Source of the DNA: Vicugna vicugna
Taxonomy: Eukaryota
Length of the DNA stretch: 64,000 nucleotides
NCBI GenBank assembly: GCA_013265495.1
Contig: MU058065.1
Location: 2,023,003 to 2,087,002 of the forward strand
Reading direction: 5' to 3'
Position numbers and translations under genes: made by a program. Under the pieces are notes generated by a model. It was not told the origin of the DNA. It did not search any database and worked only from the letters and a program-made list of their open reading frames with translations. Shown here in pieces: positions 13,501-26,592 of this stretch. Each line of letters starts with the position of its first letter. Positions within the stretch are counted from its first letter, which is position 1.

Positions 13501-13562
13501 TAAAAAATCCCCATAGAAGTGGACCCGCACAGTTCAAACCTGTGTTTTTCAAGGGCCAACTG
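13501..13562 (+). mobile_element. MER8/Tigger2 terminal fragment
   Basis: aagtggacccgcacagttcaaacctgtgtttttcaagggccaactg matches the MER8 end. Confidence 0.75.
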
Positions 13563-13836
13563 TGTTTCTCTCTCTTTCACTCTCTCTCTGTTTCCATTTT
13601 TTCCATTTCTTCTATGATCATTTGTTTAGGAGCCCTATCTTTTCAGCTGTCTCTTTTAGCTGATGCACATTTTCTGAGACCATCATTAATTGCATTCAAA
13701 TTCTCAAAAATATTTGCTTAGCTTTGAGAAAAGTGCTCCGTAAGTTTCCAAAGGCTTTTGAGTTAGATTGTCTCCATCCTCATTCTTATTTTATTTTTAT
13801 GTACTTTCTATCCTTTTTTCTTAATTAGATTAGATT

Positions 13837-14062
13837 AAGGTTTCTCAGCTTTGGCACTACCGACTCTGTGGGCCTGACGACCCTTTGCTGTGGGGCAGTC
13901 CCGATATTACAGTGTGTTGAGCAGCGTCCCTGACCTCCCACCAGATACCAGTGGCAACCCCCTTCACCCCAGGTGTGACAAACAGAAATACCTCCAGACA
14001 TAGCCAAATGTCCCTTAGGGGTGACGGTGGGGCCATATGGCCTATGCGAGGACTCCGGGGTT
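13837..14062. mobile_element. MER20 (hAT-Charlie)
   Basis: tttctcagctttggcactac..ccagacatagccaaatgtccc. Confidence 0.8.
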
Positions 14063-14122
14063 AGAGAACAGTTCGTCTGGGCTTGTACATTTTTCATTTT
14101 CTTTTTAAAGACCAAGCTGTTG

Positions 14123-14714
14123 TATTGCTGGGCAGTTAGTTTCTTGTCTCATCACACAAAGAATTCAGAGGCCAAGAAAGTAAAGTGGGGATTTATTAAG
14201 GGATGGACGGTACACTCTCAAGGGGAGAGCAGGCAGACTCACGTGAGCAGCTGCCCTGAGTTTTTTTGGCAGGTTGGTTACACAGGGTGTAAAATGAATG
14301 GGAGGAATAGTCATTGGAGAGGTAGGAATTTGGGACCATATTCTCTGATTTTCATCCCAGCTCCACCTTCCCTAGGGGAGGAGGGATTTTTGTCCTTATT
14401 TAGCCTGGATTGGAAGTGTCATGGCGTCTGTGCGTGATGGGTGCTTCTGATCTGCAAGGCTAGCTTTATTGTAAAGAGGGCATAAAGAGCAAAAGGTTAC
14501 ATTCCTACACTGGAGATTCCTGCCTTTTCCCACCTTTCCTTGTAGGCCGCCAGTCCACTTGTCACCCCCAAACATTTGATTTCTTTCAGTCCTGAGGTTC
14601 CTGCTTTCCTCTGTCTGCCCAAGGACCCTGTTGTCCCCGTGATTCATGGCCTCCTGCCATTTGATCCACATTCCCCTTTCTCTGCTCATATCTAGCTGTC
14701 TGCCTGCTTTAACA
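14123..14714 (-). mobile_element. ERV1 solo LTR with 4-bp TSD
   Basis: Flanked by GTTG (14119-14122 and 14715-14718); ends ..ttaaca; reverse AATAAA (tttatt) about 14192. Confidence 0.7.
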
Positions 14715-15440
14715 GTTGGGTGTATTCTCTTCATTCTATTATTTTTAATCTCCTGATTTATTGATTTTTGCTTTTATTGTTATTTCTCTTGGGCTTTCTT
14801 TGGATCCATTTTGTTTACATTTGTCTGAATACCTGGGTTGAATGCCTCATGCATTTATTACCACTCTTCCCTGTCCATGGTCACTCTGTGGTGTCAAGTG
14901 GGATTCAGGGTGGCTTCTGCCTTCCCCAGCCCAGCGCACGCTCACAGATCTTTTCGTACCGCACTACGGGTCATTGGCTTATCCCACGGAAGTTTCATCA
15001 TTTTGGAAAAGTTTGTGCTATGTCAACTTTTCCCAAAGTTTCTACTTCTCTCCATGATTTGTATTTTTAGTATTTTCTATTTGCCTCAAGTAACTGAGTT
15101 GCTGTTTCTTTTTTATCTTCTTTTGTGCATTCGGTTCATTTCAGAGTAGAAAAGATGGTAGAGGCTCCTTTCAACATCCCATATTCAAAATCCAACAGAC
15201 TTACTGTTGGGTCTCCTTTGAGCAAACTATATTGTTTGTTGGTAATTGTCAGCTAGTAGGTGCAGTTTGTAGGAACAGAGACGTGCAGTGTCACCTGCTT
15301 AGACCTATTCTCAGAATCGTCCTCCAAATCTTTATTTTGACAAACAAAATTGTGCTACCACTCTGTTACTAGCAATGGCAAACAGACAAATTCCAATTAT
15401 GATGCACTGATGATATAAAATAATGCTTTTCTCGCCACAG

Positions 15441-15622
15441 AAGCACTTTATGGATGATGAGTTCTGGAAACCTGGTGGCCCAGGGTCTCTAGTGATTGGA
15501 GGTGACAGCAAAACATGGATGTCAAGGAGCATTTCCTGGATGAAGAACACAGAATTGGGAGCCTTCCCCTTCCTCGTGGAACACAGATTTTTATGGACAA
15601 AGCCAGTCAGCTGCATTCCCTT
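15441..15622 (+). pseudogene. Exon with putative start codon (ATG 15515): MDVKEHFLDEEHRIGSLPLPRGTQIFMDKASQLHSL
   Basis: Acceptor ttttctcgccacag and donor CTT|gtaagt. ATG is in strong Kozak context (AACATGG) after an in-frame TGA. Ends in phase 0, matching the next exon. Confidence 0.55.
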
Positions 15623-17338
15623 GTAAGTTTCTTCTACTCTCTTTCTCTAAATAAAATATATCCTTCCTGTTTTTAAGCTATAATCTCATGCTCAGAATTT
15701 AAACTTGAAATAACATATATCCTGTCATTCTCAAAATTCTCTCCTGTGAGGCTGAGAGGACCTGATACGAATGAAATTTAAACTCTGAAAATAACCACCA
15801 CTCGGAGGCAGTAGTGACCATTCTATTGAAAACAGTTTGTCATTGTTAAGTGTAATGTCAAGTTCTGGCTTACGGTGGCAACACAGGGGCAGAGGAAGGA
15901 GACCTGGTTGTTCTTCAATATTTTATTCTTCCTACCTAGTATTGTTGTGTACTGTGTAGTGGAAAAGTGTGATTTTTAAAAATTTATAATAAATAGCATG
16001 ACATGAAACCCATCAAACAGAAGGAATTTTTATAAAGTTTTTTAAATATCAAAAATCGGGTACCAAGCCTTTCCTCCTCATTTTGAAAGGAGCAGGCATT
16101 CTTTCTTACCACCCCGAGAATGTGATTCATGTCAGTAAGACGGTATCTTTATTATATAAGTCACAATTCCTGGTGCCTTTTAACTGTGAATAATTTTAGG
16201 TTTATAGAGTGGATCTCTTTTGAGCTTCAGAAAAATATGATTTTGGAATTCTAAGTCACTGATTTTTTTTTTTAATGATGTGGAGACAAGCTAGTCATTT
16301 CCCGAGCTCTACCTTTCTTAATCAGGAGCTGTGATTTGCGTGTGGGTGCTGTGGGAATACTGATATTTTATAAAGAGTTTCAGGACTAGGTTTTCTGGAT
16401 GGTCCTGAAACACTTCGCAAAAATGGAAGTACTTGTATTGAGCCAATTCACAGCTTGTATTAAAGAGGGCAGAACCAATCATTGACTCTTAATTTAACAC
16501 ATCCAAGGGATCCAATCAATTGTTTTTGGGGGTGGAGTTGCTCTTTATTTCCAGGACACAACTTATAAGCCTTCAATGTTTGCAGCTTTCCTTCCTTCCC
16601 AATTTGCTACCGAAAATCCTTTATTTGCCAGGTCCCTTCCTACCCTACCAACTAATCACCTAGGAAGAGAGCACCATGTTAGCTGGGAAAGAGATTAGAC
16701 TGAGCTACATAAACAACATTTTTGGACAAAGGGAAAAATAAAGTCCTTGAATTGGGGTTAAGGAGGAAGTGATGAGGACTTGGCTTGTGAGAGTTTCCCA
16801 AACAGGATGAGGGAGCAGAAGGGCCTAACGTGGGCTCTGACTTTTTTCCTCATTAATGTGCTTTGAGGCGCACCTGCTAAGAATAGGCTTCTCTTTTAAT
16901 TACTGTGAGTTTTAATTACTGTGAGTTGTTCAACTGTGCTTCTTTAAATATGACTTCATAGAATGAACCCTGAGCAGCATGACACCTCCCTCATCCCTGT
17001 CTAGAATGGGAACTGGAGCCTGACAATGATTAGGAAACCATCATTTATCTTTGACATAATATTTTTCGAACAATTTTGAAACAAGCAAACTTTTTAGCAC
17101 ATGTTACTCTACCCTAGATTACTCTTTGTCATGCTGTTATGGTAAATGATTACTGTATAATACAGAGATTCTTACTAAATTATTTCTTGCATAACATTTG
17201 TGAACCATGTAATATGATCCTTTGATTTTTAGTGATGTGTTAAACATTTTTTTTCCTGTTTTTAAAATTGCTATTTTGGGGGGAAAGTATAGAAGATTAT
17301 AAAGAGAGAAATGTTAGCTCATAATCTGACTGGGATAT

Positions 17339-18140
17339 TGTGATTTATAATAAGAAATATATATTTGGCCTTCATCCTCGTTTTTGGCACAGCTCCCCTA
17401 AAACCCTTGGAATCTCCTCAGTGAAGAGAACAAGAAAGGTGTCCTTTGTTATGTTATTAAGGCGACTCCTGGATGCACCTAAGGAAGGGGGCTGGTTGCC
17501 GGGAGAACCAACCCTGTGATTAGAGGGTTGGAATTTTTCAACCTCACCTTCCTGACTTCCAGGAAAGAGTGAGGGGCTGGAGAATTAATCAGTCACCAAT
17601 GACTAGTGATTTCATCAATATGACTATATAATGAAGCCTCCATAAAAAGCCAAAAAGACGGGTTTGGAGAGCTTCAGGATTGGTGAACACGTGGAGATTT
17701 GGGGTGAGTTGCACTCCTGGAAAGGATTATGAAGCCCCCTGCCCTCACCCCAGACCCTGCCCTGTGCCTGTCTTCCATCTGGCTAGTCCTGAGTTAGACT
17801 CTTTTGCAGTAAAACCGGTAATCTAGTAAGCAGCATGTTTGTCTGAGTTCTGTGAGCCCTTCTAGTAGATTAATGAAACTGGAGGAGGGGATGTGGGAAT
17901 CTCCGGTTTACAGTCAATTGGTCAGAAGTACAGGTGACAACCTGGGCTTGCAACTGGCATCTGAAATAAAAGCCCATCTTGTGGATCCGAGCCCTTAACC
18001 TATGAAATCTGAAGTTATCTCTGGGCAGATAGTGTCAGAATTGAATTGAACTGTAGGACAGCCAGCTGGTGTTGAATGGTTGCTTGGTGGTGAGTGGAAA
18101 ATAGCTCTGTTCCACGCACATGTTGGAATTTGAGTGCTGA
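17339..18140 (+). mobile_element. MER21-family LTR, copy 1
   Basis: ggggctggttgcc..accaaccctgtgattagagggttggaa; ctgagttctgtgagc; gatagtgtcagaattgaatt. Confidence 0.8.
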
Positions 18141-18246
18141 AGTTAACTGACTTTTGAGAGATAATTGTTGCTAAAGTCTTGATTTATATTTGTTTATTCT
18201 TTTGCTGTAGCTAAATACTGTTTATGTATATATATACACACACACA

Positions 18247-18548
18247 GAAACCTCAATTCCAATAGAGTTGAGAAACCAGAAGGGGGCGCTCTTATGCCTG
18301 GCGAGAGCTCAGCCAATGCGAGACAGTCACAACCCATCCATTGAAAGACCCTAGACTCTCCGTTTACTGTTGCCTCCCCCTCTCCCAACTTCCTTTTCAA
18401 TTCTGTGAAAGAATTCTCTCTGTTTTTGCTATGGACTTGCACATGGCTCACCATGGTTGCAGACTCTGAACTGTGATTCTTTGCTCATCTCAAATAAACT
18501 CATTTTTGCTGGCAAAATTACTAGCAGTCTGTTTATTTTTGGTCAACA
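18247..18548 (+). mobile_element. ERV1 LTR (partial)
   Basis: CCAAT box, AATAAA about 18493, ends ..ggtcaaca. Confidence 0.55.
18275..18291 (+). promoter_or_regulatory. CTCF-like motif inside LTR
   Basis: ACCAGAAGGGGGCGCT. Confidence 0.45.
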
Positions 18549-19043
18549 GTATATAGGTTTTTTTTTTTCTTTTCCTCCAAACAGAGTCAAACTGTGTTTT
18601 AGGTTTTATATAGTAATTTTCCTTCAATAGCATTGCTGGTGCTGGAAATGTAGCCTTAATTCTATGATCTAGCTGAACTTTTTTTTCCTAAGAGAAGGGG
18701 AGAATAGATACTTGGGTCCACCCATCACTCCCTGTTACAGCCTCCTAGTCATGAAAAAACTGAGTCAAAATCTCTTTTACCTTCTGTAAGGCCCTTGATT
18801 TAGGGGGTCAGTATGTTCCCCAGAAGCATTTTTCTATTTTACCCTCTCCAGACACTCTGTAAGAGTGTCTGCTTCATTTAGCTCTAACATTCAGTATTAT
18901 CACTGAAGCAAATATTTAACAGTTTGAGAGGAGAAAAAAATCATCACTGTATTTGCATTTTCACGTCCATTGGTAGGACTAAACTTTTTTCATATGTTTA
19001 TTGGCTGTATTTCTTCTTTGTGAATGGTCTCTCTATGTCTTTA

Positions 19044-19047
<4 letters not shown>

Positions 19048-19075
<28 letters not shown>

Positions 19076-19118
19076 CTTTTTCCCCCTTTCCCGTTTTTTT
19101 TTTTTTTTTTTTTTTTTT
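19048..19118. repeat. Interrupted polyT tract
   Basis: Direct reading; lies within an old L1 fragment (about 18800-19050). Confidence 0.9.
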
Positions 19119-20938
19119 GGTATCTGCATTCAGCCACTTGAGGCGTTATGCTGCTTGAATTAGCATGTCTAGCAAGGGAGGGAGGATGGATTTGTTTTCT
19201 TCTGATGATGAGGATGAAAAACAATTTTAATACACACAGCAGATTTCCTTAAGCCTGTAGAAAACCCTGTTGAGAAACAGCTCAATGATAATTGTTCTTC
19301 GGCTCCTTTATAATTTAAGAAATTCAAGCTCACATTGGCTTTATCTGGATGTCACAGGCAAACCAGAAAGACTAGAAAATGCCCTCCACACAATTAGCCA
19401 TGGATTCTCTAATTTCTTGGAAAACAGCAAAGCACAGCCAGCTTATCCCTTCCAATTAAGAGCTACCCTTGGAGTCAGACTGATAAGCCAGTTGCCCTGG
19501 TGCTGTGGGCACAGCGTGGGAGGAAAGACCGTCTTGGGATGGGCAAATAGCTAGCGTCCACTTCCAGTGCCCAGGATGTGAAGGGCGTAACTCAAAATGA
19601 GACTTGAGGGATGCTAGCTCCTCCTGCTTTCTGCCACCTGCATTTCTGTGTCACTCTTCGTCAGAATGTCCTTTTGCTCATCTTCATTAAAATGTTTACA
19701 GTGGAAAGGTGAGGGGGTGGATCTCAATATGCTCTCAACATTTGTATTTTGGCCTTCGGAGTCAAGTGTGTACTAAGTAGCACGTCTTCTCTAACTGTTG
19801 TCACAAGCACAGTGTGTTTGTGCTTTAGCTGTAGAGACGTAACAGCCCCTACTCCCTTAGCAGTGGGCACACAGACCTTGGCTGACCTTGCCAACTTTTA
19901 TCCTGGCCAAGAAAATGGGGCTCACCGACAGGACGTGGGTTGCGTTTGGTGGTTCTTACTAAGGATCTCTTGTAGTGAGAAGAAACTATCTGGATCTGCT
20001 GCTGCAGCAGTGAACCAACCCAAGCAAAACTGGACTTCTATGGCGGTAAACATTTAATATAGAAAAACACTTTTTAAGTGGGCTAATCACTTGATACATT
20101 GGTCGATCACCCCCAGGGACGTCCACCTTGAGCTGTGTCCACCCCCGGACCCACCATGTGATACAGCCCCATGGGAGATACCCAGGCCACACACAGTTGC
20201 TAGTTATTCATCAATTTCTAAAGGGAACTGATGGGATTGGCTTTGAAATGGATGATCTCAACTGCAATTTGAATAGTAAAGGAAATCATGATCTAGAATT
20301 TTCAAAGAAATGAAAGAAAAGCTCATACTTCTGATAGGTATATCTTCTGAATTTCAGAGTTGCCTTTTAATTCTTCTCTCTTCTATAACCTGCAATACTT
20401 AACTATTTTCTGGTGAATTATATATAATGATTGTCTTGGGATTTTTGGCTGTATGTGACAAAACATGTTCACATTAAACTGGAAAAGGCAAAAAACTTCT
20501 AACCTATGGGTAGGTACTTCTGAAACAAGTAATCTCAGATTGTACTTTAGGTAGAATTTGCTATAATGTTTAAATCTTTCAATGGAGAACAAGTGTTAAA
20601 TAGCACACTGGTCCCAGTTTATGTAATCTTGCTTTATGCTAATTCTTGTCTAAGTTTATAAAGCCCCCAAACTGAATCTTTATTTTTTTGCCTCTTTTAG
20701 GCAGCAGAGCCGTATTTCAGTTGATTGACAGATCAAGACTTGCAGAATATAACTGTCCTTCCCTGCTCTAATACTGACTTTTTGTCCTGACAAAATCATT
20801 TAATTTTTCAATCTCTAGATCTCTGTAATAAAAAGGAGGTCACAGACAACTTAAAAGAATTGCACTGTTCTGGTATGCTGGTTTTTGAATTACCAAAATT
20901 AAATCATATTAAACGACCTTGTGTAATTTTCTTCCTAG

Positions 20939-21078
20939 CCTAAAACATCTTGAAGTCATTCAAATTCTCTGGCTGCATATCATAGTAAATACCCCAAAAC
21001 GGTGAGACACATTTCCAAGGTCATGGTGGAGATGCCAAAAAACCCCGAAGACAATGATAAACTGACAAATGATTTCAA
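20939..21078 (+). pseudogene. Exon: PKTS*SHSNSLAAYHSKYPKTVRHISKVMVEMPKNPEDNDKLTNDF(K)
   Basis: Acceptor ttttcttcctag, donor AA|gtaagt; phase 0 to 2; TGA at 20951. Confidence 0.6.
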
Positions 21079-24000
21079 GTAAGTGAAGGTGTATGTATGG
21101 GCACGTGGAAGGGTCTTCTGACATGTCAGCCTGAAAACCTGACATGAACCTGAATCTTCCACCATCACTAATGCTTCCTTAAGTTAAGGCCCCCTACTCT
21201 GAGACAACTTACTGAGGTTTAGCACTACCAAGTAATTCTGATGGTTCATCACCACCTTGCTAGGTCCCACCCTTAACCGACACTTTTCAGGTGGGTGGGA
21301 GCAGGGCTCAGAGAGAGATGCTAGATTCCACAGCAGGAAGTTCAAGGAGGCAGTGGCATACAATCCAGGTACCTGAAGGTCCCCCAGAGAAGGGGCAGGC
21401 ACCAGGGCGGGAGGGGAGGACCCTGGACACCAGCCCGCACAGTATCCCTCTTCGCTATGGGCTGTTAAGACTTCAGGCGTTTGAACCTACCCATGATGGA
21501 GCTGAGCACAAGTGTCTTTTAAACTTGAAATAATTTTTCCTCTTGAACATGAAAGTCTTATGTATGGTTGGTTGCTTTGAGTTTGGCTTTAAAAGGGAGG
21601 AAAAGAGGTTCTTATCAGAAAATAGGGGCATTTTTATTAAGAAAACATGGAAGAAAAAAATAAGATATAATTAAAGGATGGAAAGTAATGGCTTTCATCA
21701 TTTCCTTGAAGCGTGGTCTCAAATCTGTCCTGGGGGGTTAGCTCTTCCGGGCTACGTGTAGTTGTACACTTTCACGGGTTGTAGGGTCAAGAAACAAAGG
21801 GAGGGCTTAAGAAGCTGTTTCTTATTTCAAATGCTAAAGAGAGGTCGAGGGGCACTTCAGGAGCCGTCCGAGCATCTACTTTGGAAAATAAGAATTTTGC
21901 TAGCTGTGAAGGGACCTGAGACATAGACTAGAAAGTTCGTATTCAGACTTCGTCACCCACTACACACAGTTTGGTCCCTCCTTTGTTTTTTTGATAATCA
22001 GCAATAAAATTCACCAGTGTGGTGGGAGAGGTGGGGAAGAGGAATCAGGGGAGCCTTTTCTGAAATACTGCTCTCAGGGCAAATGTCACCTGACAGTTAC
22101 CAAAAGTCCCATCGAAGGTTCTATATCTTGGCAGAAAAGTGAGTTGCTGTCTTTGGGGAGAGGCTCATGAAGTAACCTGGCTGCTGTGATCAGCTGGATC
22201 AGCGCATCAGAGGTAGCTGGTACATGTTAGCAGTGGCTTAAAGACTCACAAAAATTGAGGTAAAGGAAGTTTACAACAGGAAAAACCAAACCAAACCCAG
22301 TGCATTAAAAGATCATTGTCAAAGTACCTCACAGTTGTCCTAACCCCACTCTGACACCTAACACGACAGACTCGTGATGGGCAGCCTGTTCCTTTAATCA
22401 GCTGACGTTGCTTCTTATTCTGCTTTGAAAGTGTTGCAATATTTGTAAAACACTGTCATGACCAATGAAAACCCCCTAGGCGAAAGCAGTATTTAACTTA
22501 CATTGGAAAACCCTAATTTCTAGGCACTTTTTTAGGGGGAATTCCTTGACACTTGATATTTTGGGAACCGCAGTCCTATGGAGCCTTGAAGAAGCTCATT
22601 CTAATGAGATGCAGAGCATAAGCGATGCTCTGGTTTATGCCGTGAAAGAACTTCTAGTCCCATCACCTGGGAATGCGTTGATGTAAATCTAGCACCTCTA
22701 ATGGGAAATTAGCTGAAAGCACCCAGCCGGCCAGTGGAGAGTCCGCAACAGCAGAGACGCACACCGGGTTTCAGAGCTGCGGGGATGGAGGCCTCCCGCA
22801 GAAGCCATGCCAAGCCTTTCAGGGCTGGGGCACTTCCCTGACTTCTGCAGGTTGATCTTCGAAAGTTACAACAACCCATCGGCCACCCTGTCCCTCCTGG
22901 GCTAGAGGTGACTCGGGCCCCATGGAATTCTAGAAGTTGGTCCTGGCAGGGTTGAGAGAACATTTTGTCAGGAAACTGAAGCCCAGAGCTGTTTGATGAT
23001 AAGGTTTCACTACAGCTAATTGGGGTGAAGAATGTATTCTGAGTCCAAGGGACAGTTGATTTCACTATGTGAACAAATCAAACACGATATCAAAGCTATC
23101 GCTATGACAGGTTCGCCGGGACCCACCCTGCGTTTAGTACGGCAAATCCACAGTGGATTTAGAAACCCATGATAATAAAAGCAGCTTTTAAAAAGCACTT
23201 CTGCTTTCTGGGAGTCAATTATATTCTGGGAAATCTGGAATCTGTAGTGTGAAGGAAATCTGAACCCTGAGTCAGATTCCAGAGCGGGTCAGGGGACACG
23301 GCAGCATCACATGGCTCAGGCTTTGATGCTTTGGTCCCAGAAGCCCAGAGAGTTCTGATCCATCCTGCTGGTCTGCTCTTGGAGCTGGGGTCACAGCCCA
23401 ACCACTGGGCCAGGGGGATCTGCTGAGCCTGCAGGGTTATGAGTCTCCGTTCTTGGGCAGGGAAGCAGACGGGGCCGTGGCAGCTGTGTCCCTAGTGTGA
23501 GTGGTCACATCGGGCCAGGCTCAAGGCTGCAGCCGATGGTGACTTCCCTGAAAGTCTTGGCTCAAGCAGCCCCCAATGCCTGGACCAGCCTGGAGCAAAC
23601 CGGCTAAGTCTCCCAGGAGGTCCCTACTGTGGACTGGTGGACTTGAAGATAAACAAGGATGTGAAGCAGACGGAGGCAGGTTTTGAGACAAGTATTTATT
23701 AATGGGTTAACATCAGCACTTCTAATCCCTGACGTGCTGTGAGTTAATTCCACAGATTGAAAATGTGTCACAAATGTTAAGTCTAAGTCTCAGATTCCTT
23801 GATCCTAGAGCCAGTGTTTCACTTGGCGTTGGGATAAAAGGAACGGAGAGCCACAGGGGAGCAGGGAGCCTCTGTGGATGCATACGAAAAGAAACCTAAT
23901 TTGAAAAGCAATTCGAGACACAGGGTTATTTAAGTGTCACATCACCATGGCTTATCTGCAGAGAAGTGGACCCCTCAAAGGCTTATCCTGAGGAGAGGGT

Positions 24001-24797
24001 AACCCCACCATCACTGATCCAGAGGGAAATCACTTCTAGGAAACAGACCCATACAAGCAAAGCTGTTCAAGGAAATGTCACAGACTTGAGGATAAGATTT
24101 GATTTAAAGATCCGTGGCCTTTCGTTCTGACTTTTTTTGTTTGTTTCATTTTGGTAAAAGCTATTTTTTTCCCCAATACTCAGAGGTTTGCTAAAAATAT
24201 TTCTGTCATTATTTTATTTTTCATTCAAAGTGTTAAGACTCTCAAATTCTGATGTCTGAAATCCATGACTTGAAGGTAGCCTGACATAGGTTTTGTCTTC
24301 CAAAGAAACATTTAGAAATGATTGAAATAATTGATTTAATGTACTTAATGAGCAGCAGAAGCAATGCTCTATTATTAAAAAATATGTTTTTATATCAAGC
24401 TGCTGGGGAAAGAAATTGTGCCTGCAATGATTATCCAACTACCAGACTCTGGTTTTCTGGATGATTTCAGACAAATTACTTTGGTTTCTTGAAATATGTT
24501 GTATATCCACAAAGTACTTGCAATATTAATTTGGAGGTTTACTTTTGGGCAGAAGTGTGCTTCTTTTCTTCTCTAAAAATTTACTGGGCAGAACAAAGCA
24601 ATTCTCAAAGAGTTGGTCCTTGAGATTTTAAAACGATCTGAAAAAAATTAGAATGTTGTCTTTGGTTCAACGTCTCTGTATTACTCTCAACATTATTACC
24701 CCTGGGTACTTATCTAGTGCTTTCAACATACATGGTCTTGTTTAATCTCCTTACTTCCTCTGTGAGTTATTTACTAACTTACTCTGTGAATGGGCAT

Positions 24798-25160
24798 TGT
24801 ATTAGTTTGCTAGGGTGCTGTAACAAAATGGCACAGAATGGGCACCTTAACAAGAGGAATTTATTTTCTCGCAGTTCTGGAGGGGGGCAGTCCTGGATCA
24901 AGGGGCAGGCATGGTTGCCTTCCTTGGAGGGCCACGGTGGAAGGTTCTAGTGCAGAGGGGTGGCCCTCTGTGCAGGAGTGTCCCCTGTGTCTCTTTCTCT
25001 TATAAGGACACCAGTCAGACTGGATTAGGGTCCAACTCTGAGGGCCTCATTTTAGCAATCACTTTAACAAGATTATCTCCAAATATGATAACAATCTGAG
25101 GTACTGGGAGCTGAGACTTCAACAACTGAATTTGGAAGAAACACAGTTCATCCCATCACA
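24798..25160 (-). mobile_element. MaLR LTR (MLT1B/C-like)
   Basis: tgtattagtttgctagggtgctgtaacaaa..tataaggacaccagtcagactggattaggg. Confidence 0.75.
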
Positions 25161-25564
25161 GACATTATATCTTTATTTTATAGAGGCAGTTGAGGAAACT
25201 AAGGTCCAGGGAATTCAGTTGCCTGGTTCTTTTGCTACACCACTTTTATCTAACTACCTAAGAAACAGAGAAATGTTTGTGACAAATAAACATGGTGTTA
25301 GATTCAGTCTCCTTTAAATCATATAGAATCTATCTAAAACCAGTACCAGAATTTAGCCACAACCCTAACGTTCATATTTATTTTTATAGTTTTGAAAATT
25401 ATTTAGGATAGAAGAATCGGAGACTTTACATCATCAAAGATAGCTTATCTTTAGACTACAGAGTTAATTAAAGATATTTGGTATTAAATATTCACACTTG
25501 GTATTAAAAATTCTAAAACTCTAATATTAAGTTAACTTACTAATAAATACATTTTCCACAAGCC

Positions 25565-26030
25565 TATATTAATTTCCAGTTGCTGCTGTAATAAACTGCC
25601 ACAAGCATCATGACTTGAAACAACACAAACATACTATCTAACAGTTCTGGAGGTGAGAGGACCCAAATCAGCCTGCCTCAAGATGTCGGCAGAGCTGCAT
25701 TTTTTTTGCAGTTTCCAGGGGAAAATCTCTTTTCTTGCCTTTTCCAGCTTCCACAGGCTGGCCCCCTTCCGTCTCCAAATCCAGCAATGTCAGGCTATGG
25801 GTACTGCTACCTCTCTGGTTCCCTGTTTTCTGCCTCCCTCTTCTACCTATAAGGACTCTTGTAATTACATTGAGCCCACCTGCATAGTCCAGGATGCCTC
25901 CTCATCTCAAAGTGAACTGATTATAAACAATTCCATCTGCAAACTTAATTCTCCTTTGCCAGGTAACCCAGCATATTGCATTGCCTGGCGATTAAGACAT
26001 GGGCATCTTCGGAGGCCCGTTATCTTGTTA
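25565..26030 (-). mobile_element. MaLR LTR (MLT1C/D-like)
   Basis: ttgctgctgtaataaactgccacaa..tataaggactcttgtaattacattgagcccacc. Confidence 0.75.
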
Positions 26031-26519
26031 CCATGGAGCTTTTCAGTTGATTTCATCTTTCCTGTTCACATTCTTTTATGCCTGCATTTCACTTTGGTGA
26101 TCTCCTTGGAGCGTTAGCCTTCAGCTGGTTTCCAATCTGGCTATGTTAATGGGCCTATGGGAATATTGCTTTTATAGAAAAGTAATATTTAATTAAATTT
26201 TTACACGGCCATGCTGCCATTTTTCTAGAAATTAAGCGTATATTAGGATCGAAATGCCAAGTAAAGACATGGTTTTTTTATGACATGAAAAAAGTCCATG
26301 ACTTATTTTCAAATGGGAAAAACAGATTGCAGGGCAGTTTAACACAGAACTGAGAAAAGTGAAATTATTTATTACATCTGGCTTATAAGCAGGGATCTTG
26401 CCTCATCACCTCTGTAAGATTTGTTAAATGCCTACCTCCTGCTGACCCTGAATATTAATCTTCTTTTATTATTATAAAACAGATAATCTCTTATAGTTAT
26501 GTAGAAGTCAGCCAAGCAA

Positions 26520-26592
26520 GCTGAAATAGCTCAGTTGGGAGAGCGTTAGACTGAAGATCTAAAGGTCCCTGGTTCAATCCCGGGTTTCAGCA
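26520..26592 (+). tRNA. tRNA-Phe(GAA) gene or variant
   Basis: GCTGAAATAGCTCAGTTGGGAGAGCGTTAGACTGAAGATCTAAAGGTCCCTGGTTCAATCCCGGGTTTCAGCA matches the canonical mammalian tRNA-Phe with 3 substitutions. A and B boxes intact, no encoded CCA or polyA, TTTT run 4 nt downstream. Confidence 0.9.

Noticed and set aside
16895..16928. Short tandem duplications (here, about 26614 and 34319) as CRISPR-like or functional arrays
   Set aside because: Two-copy slippage duplications without spacers, in mammalian DNA.
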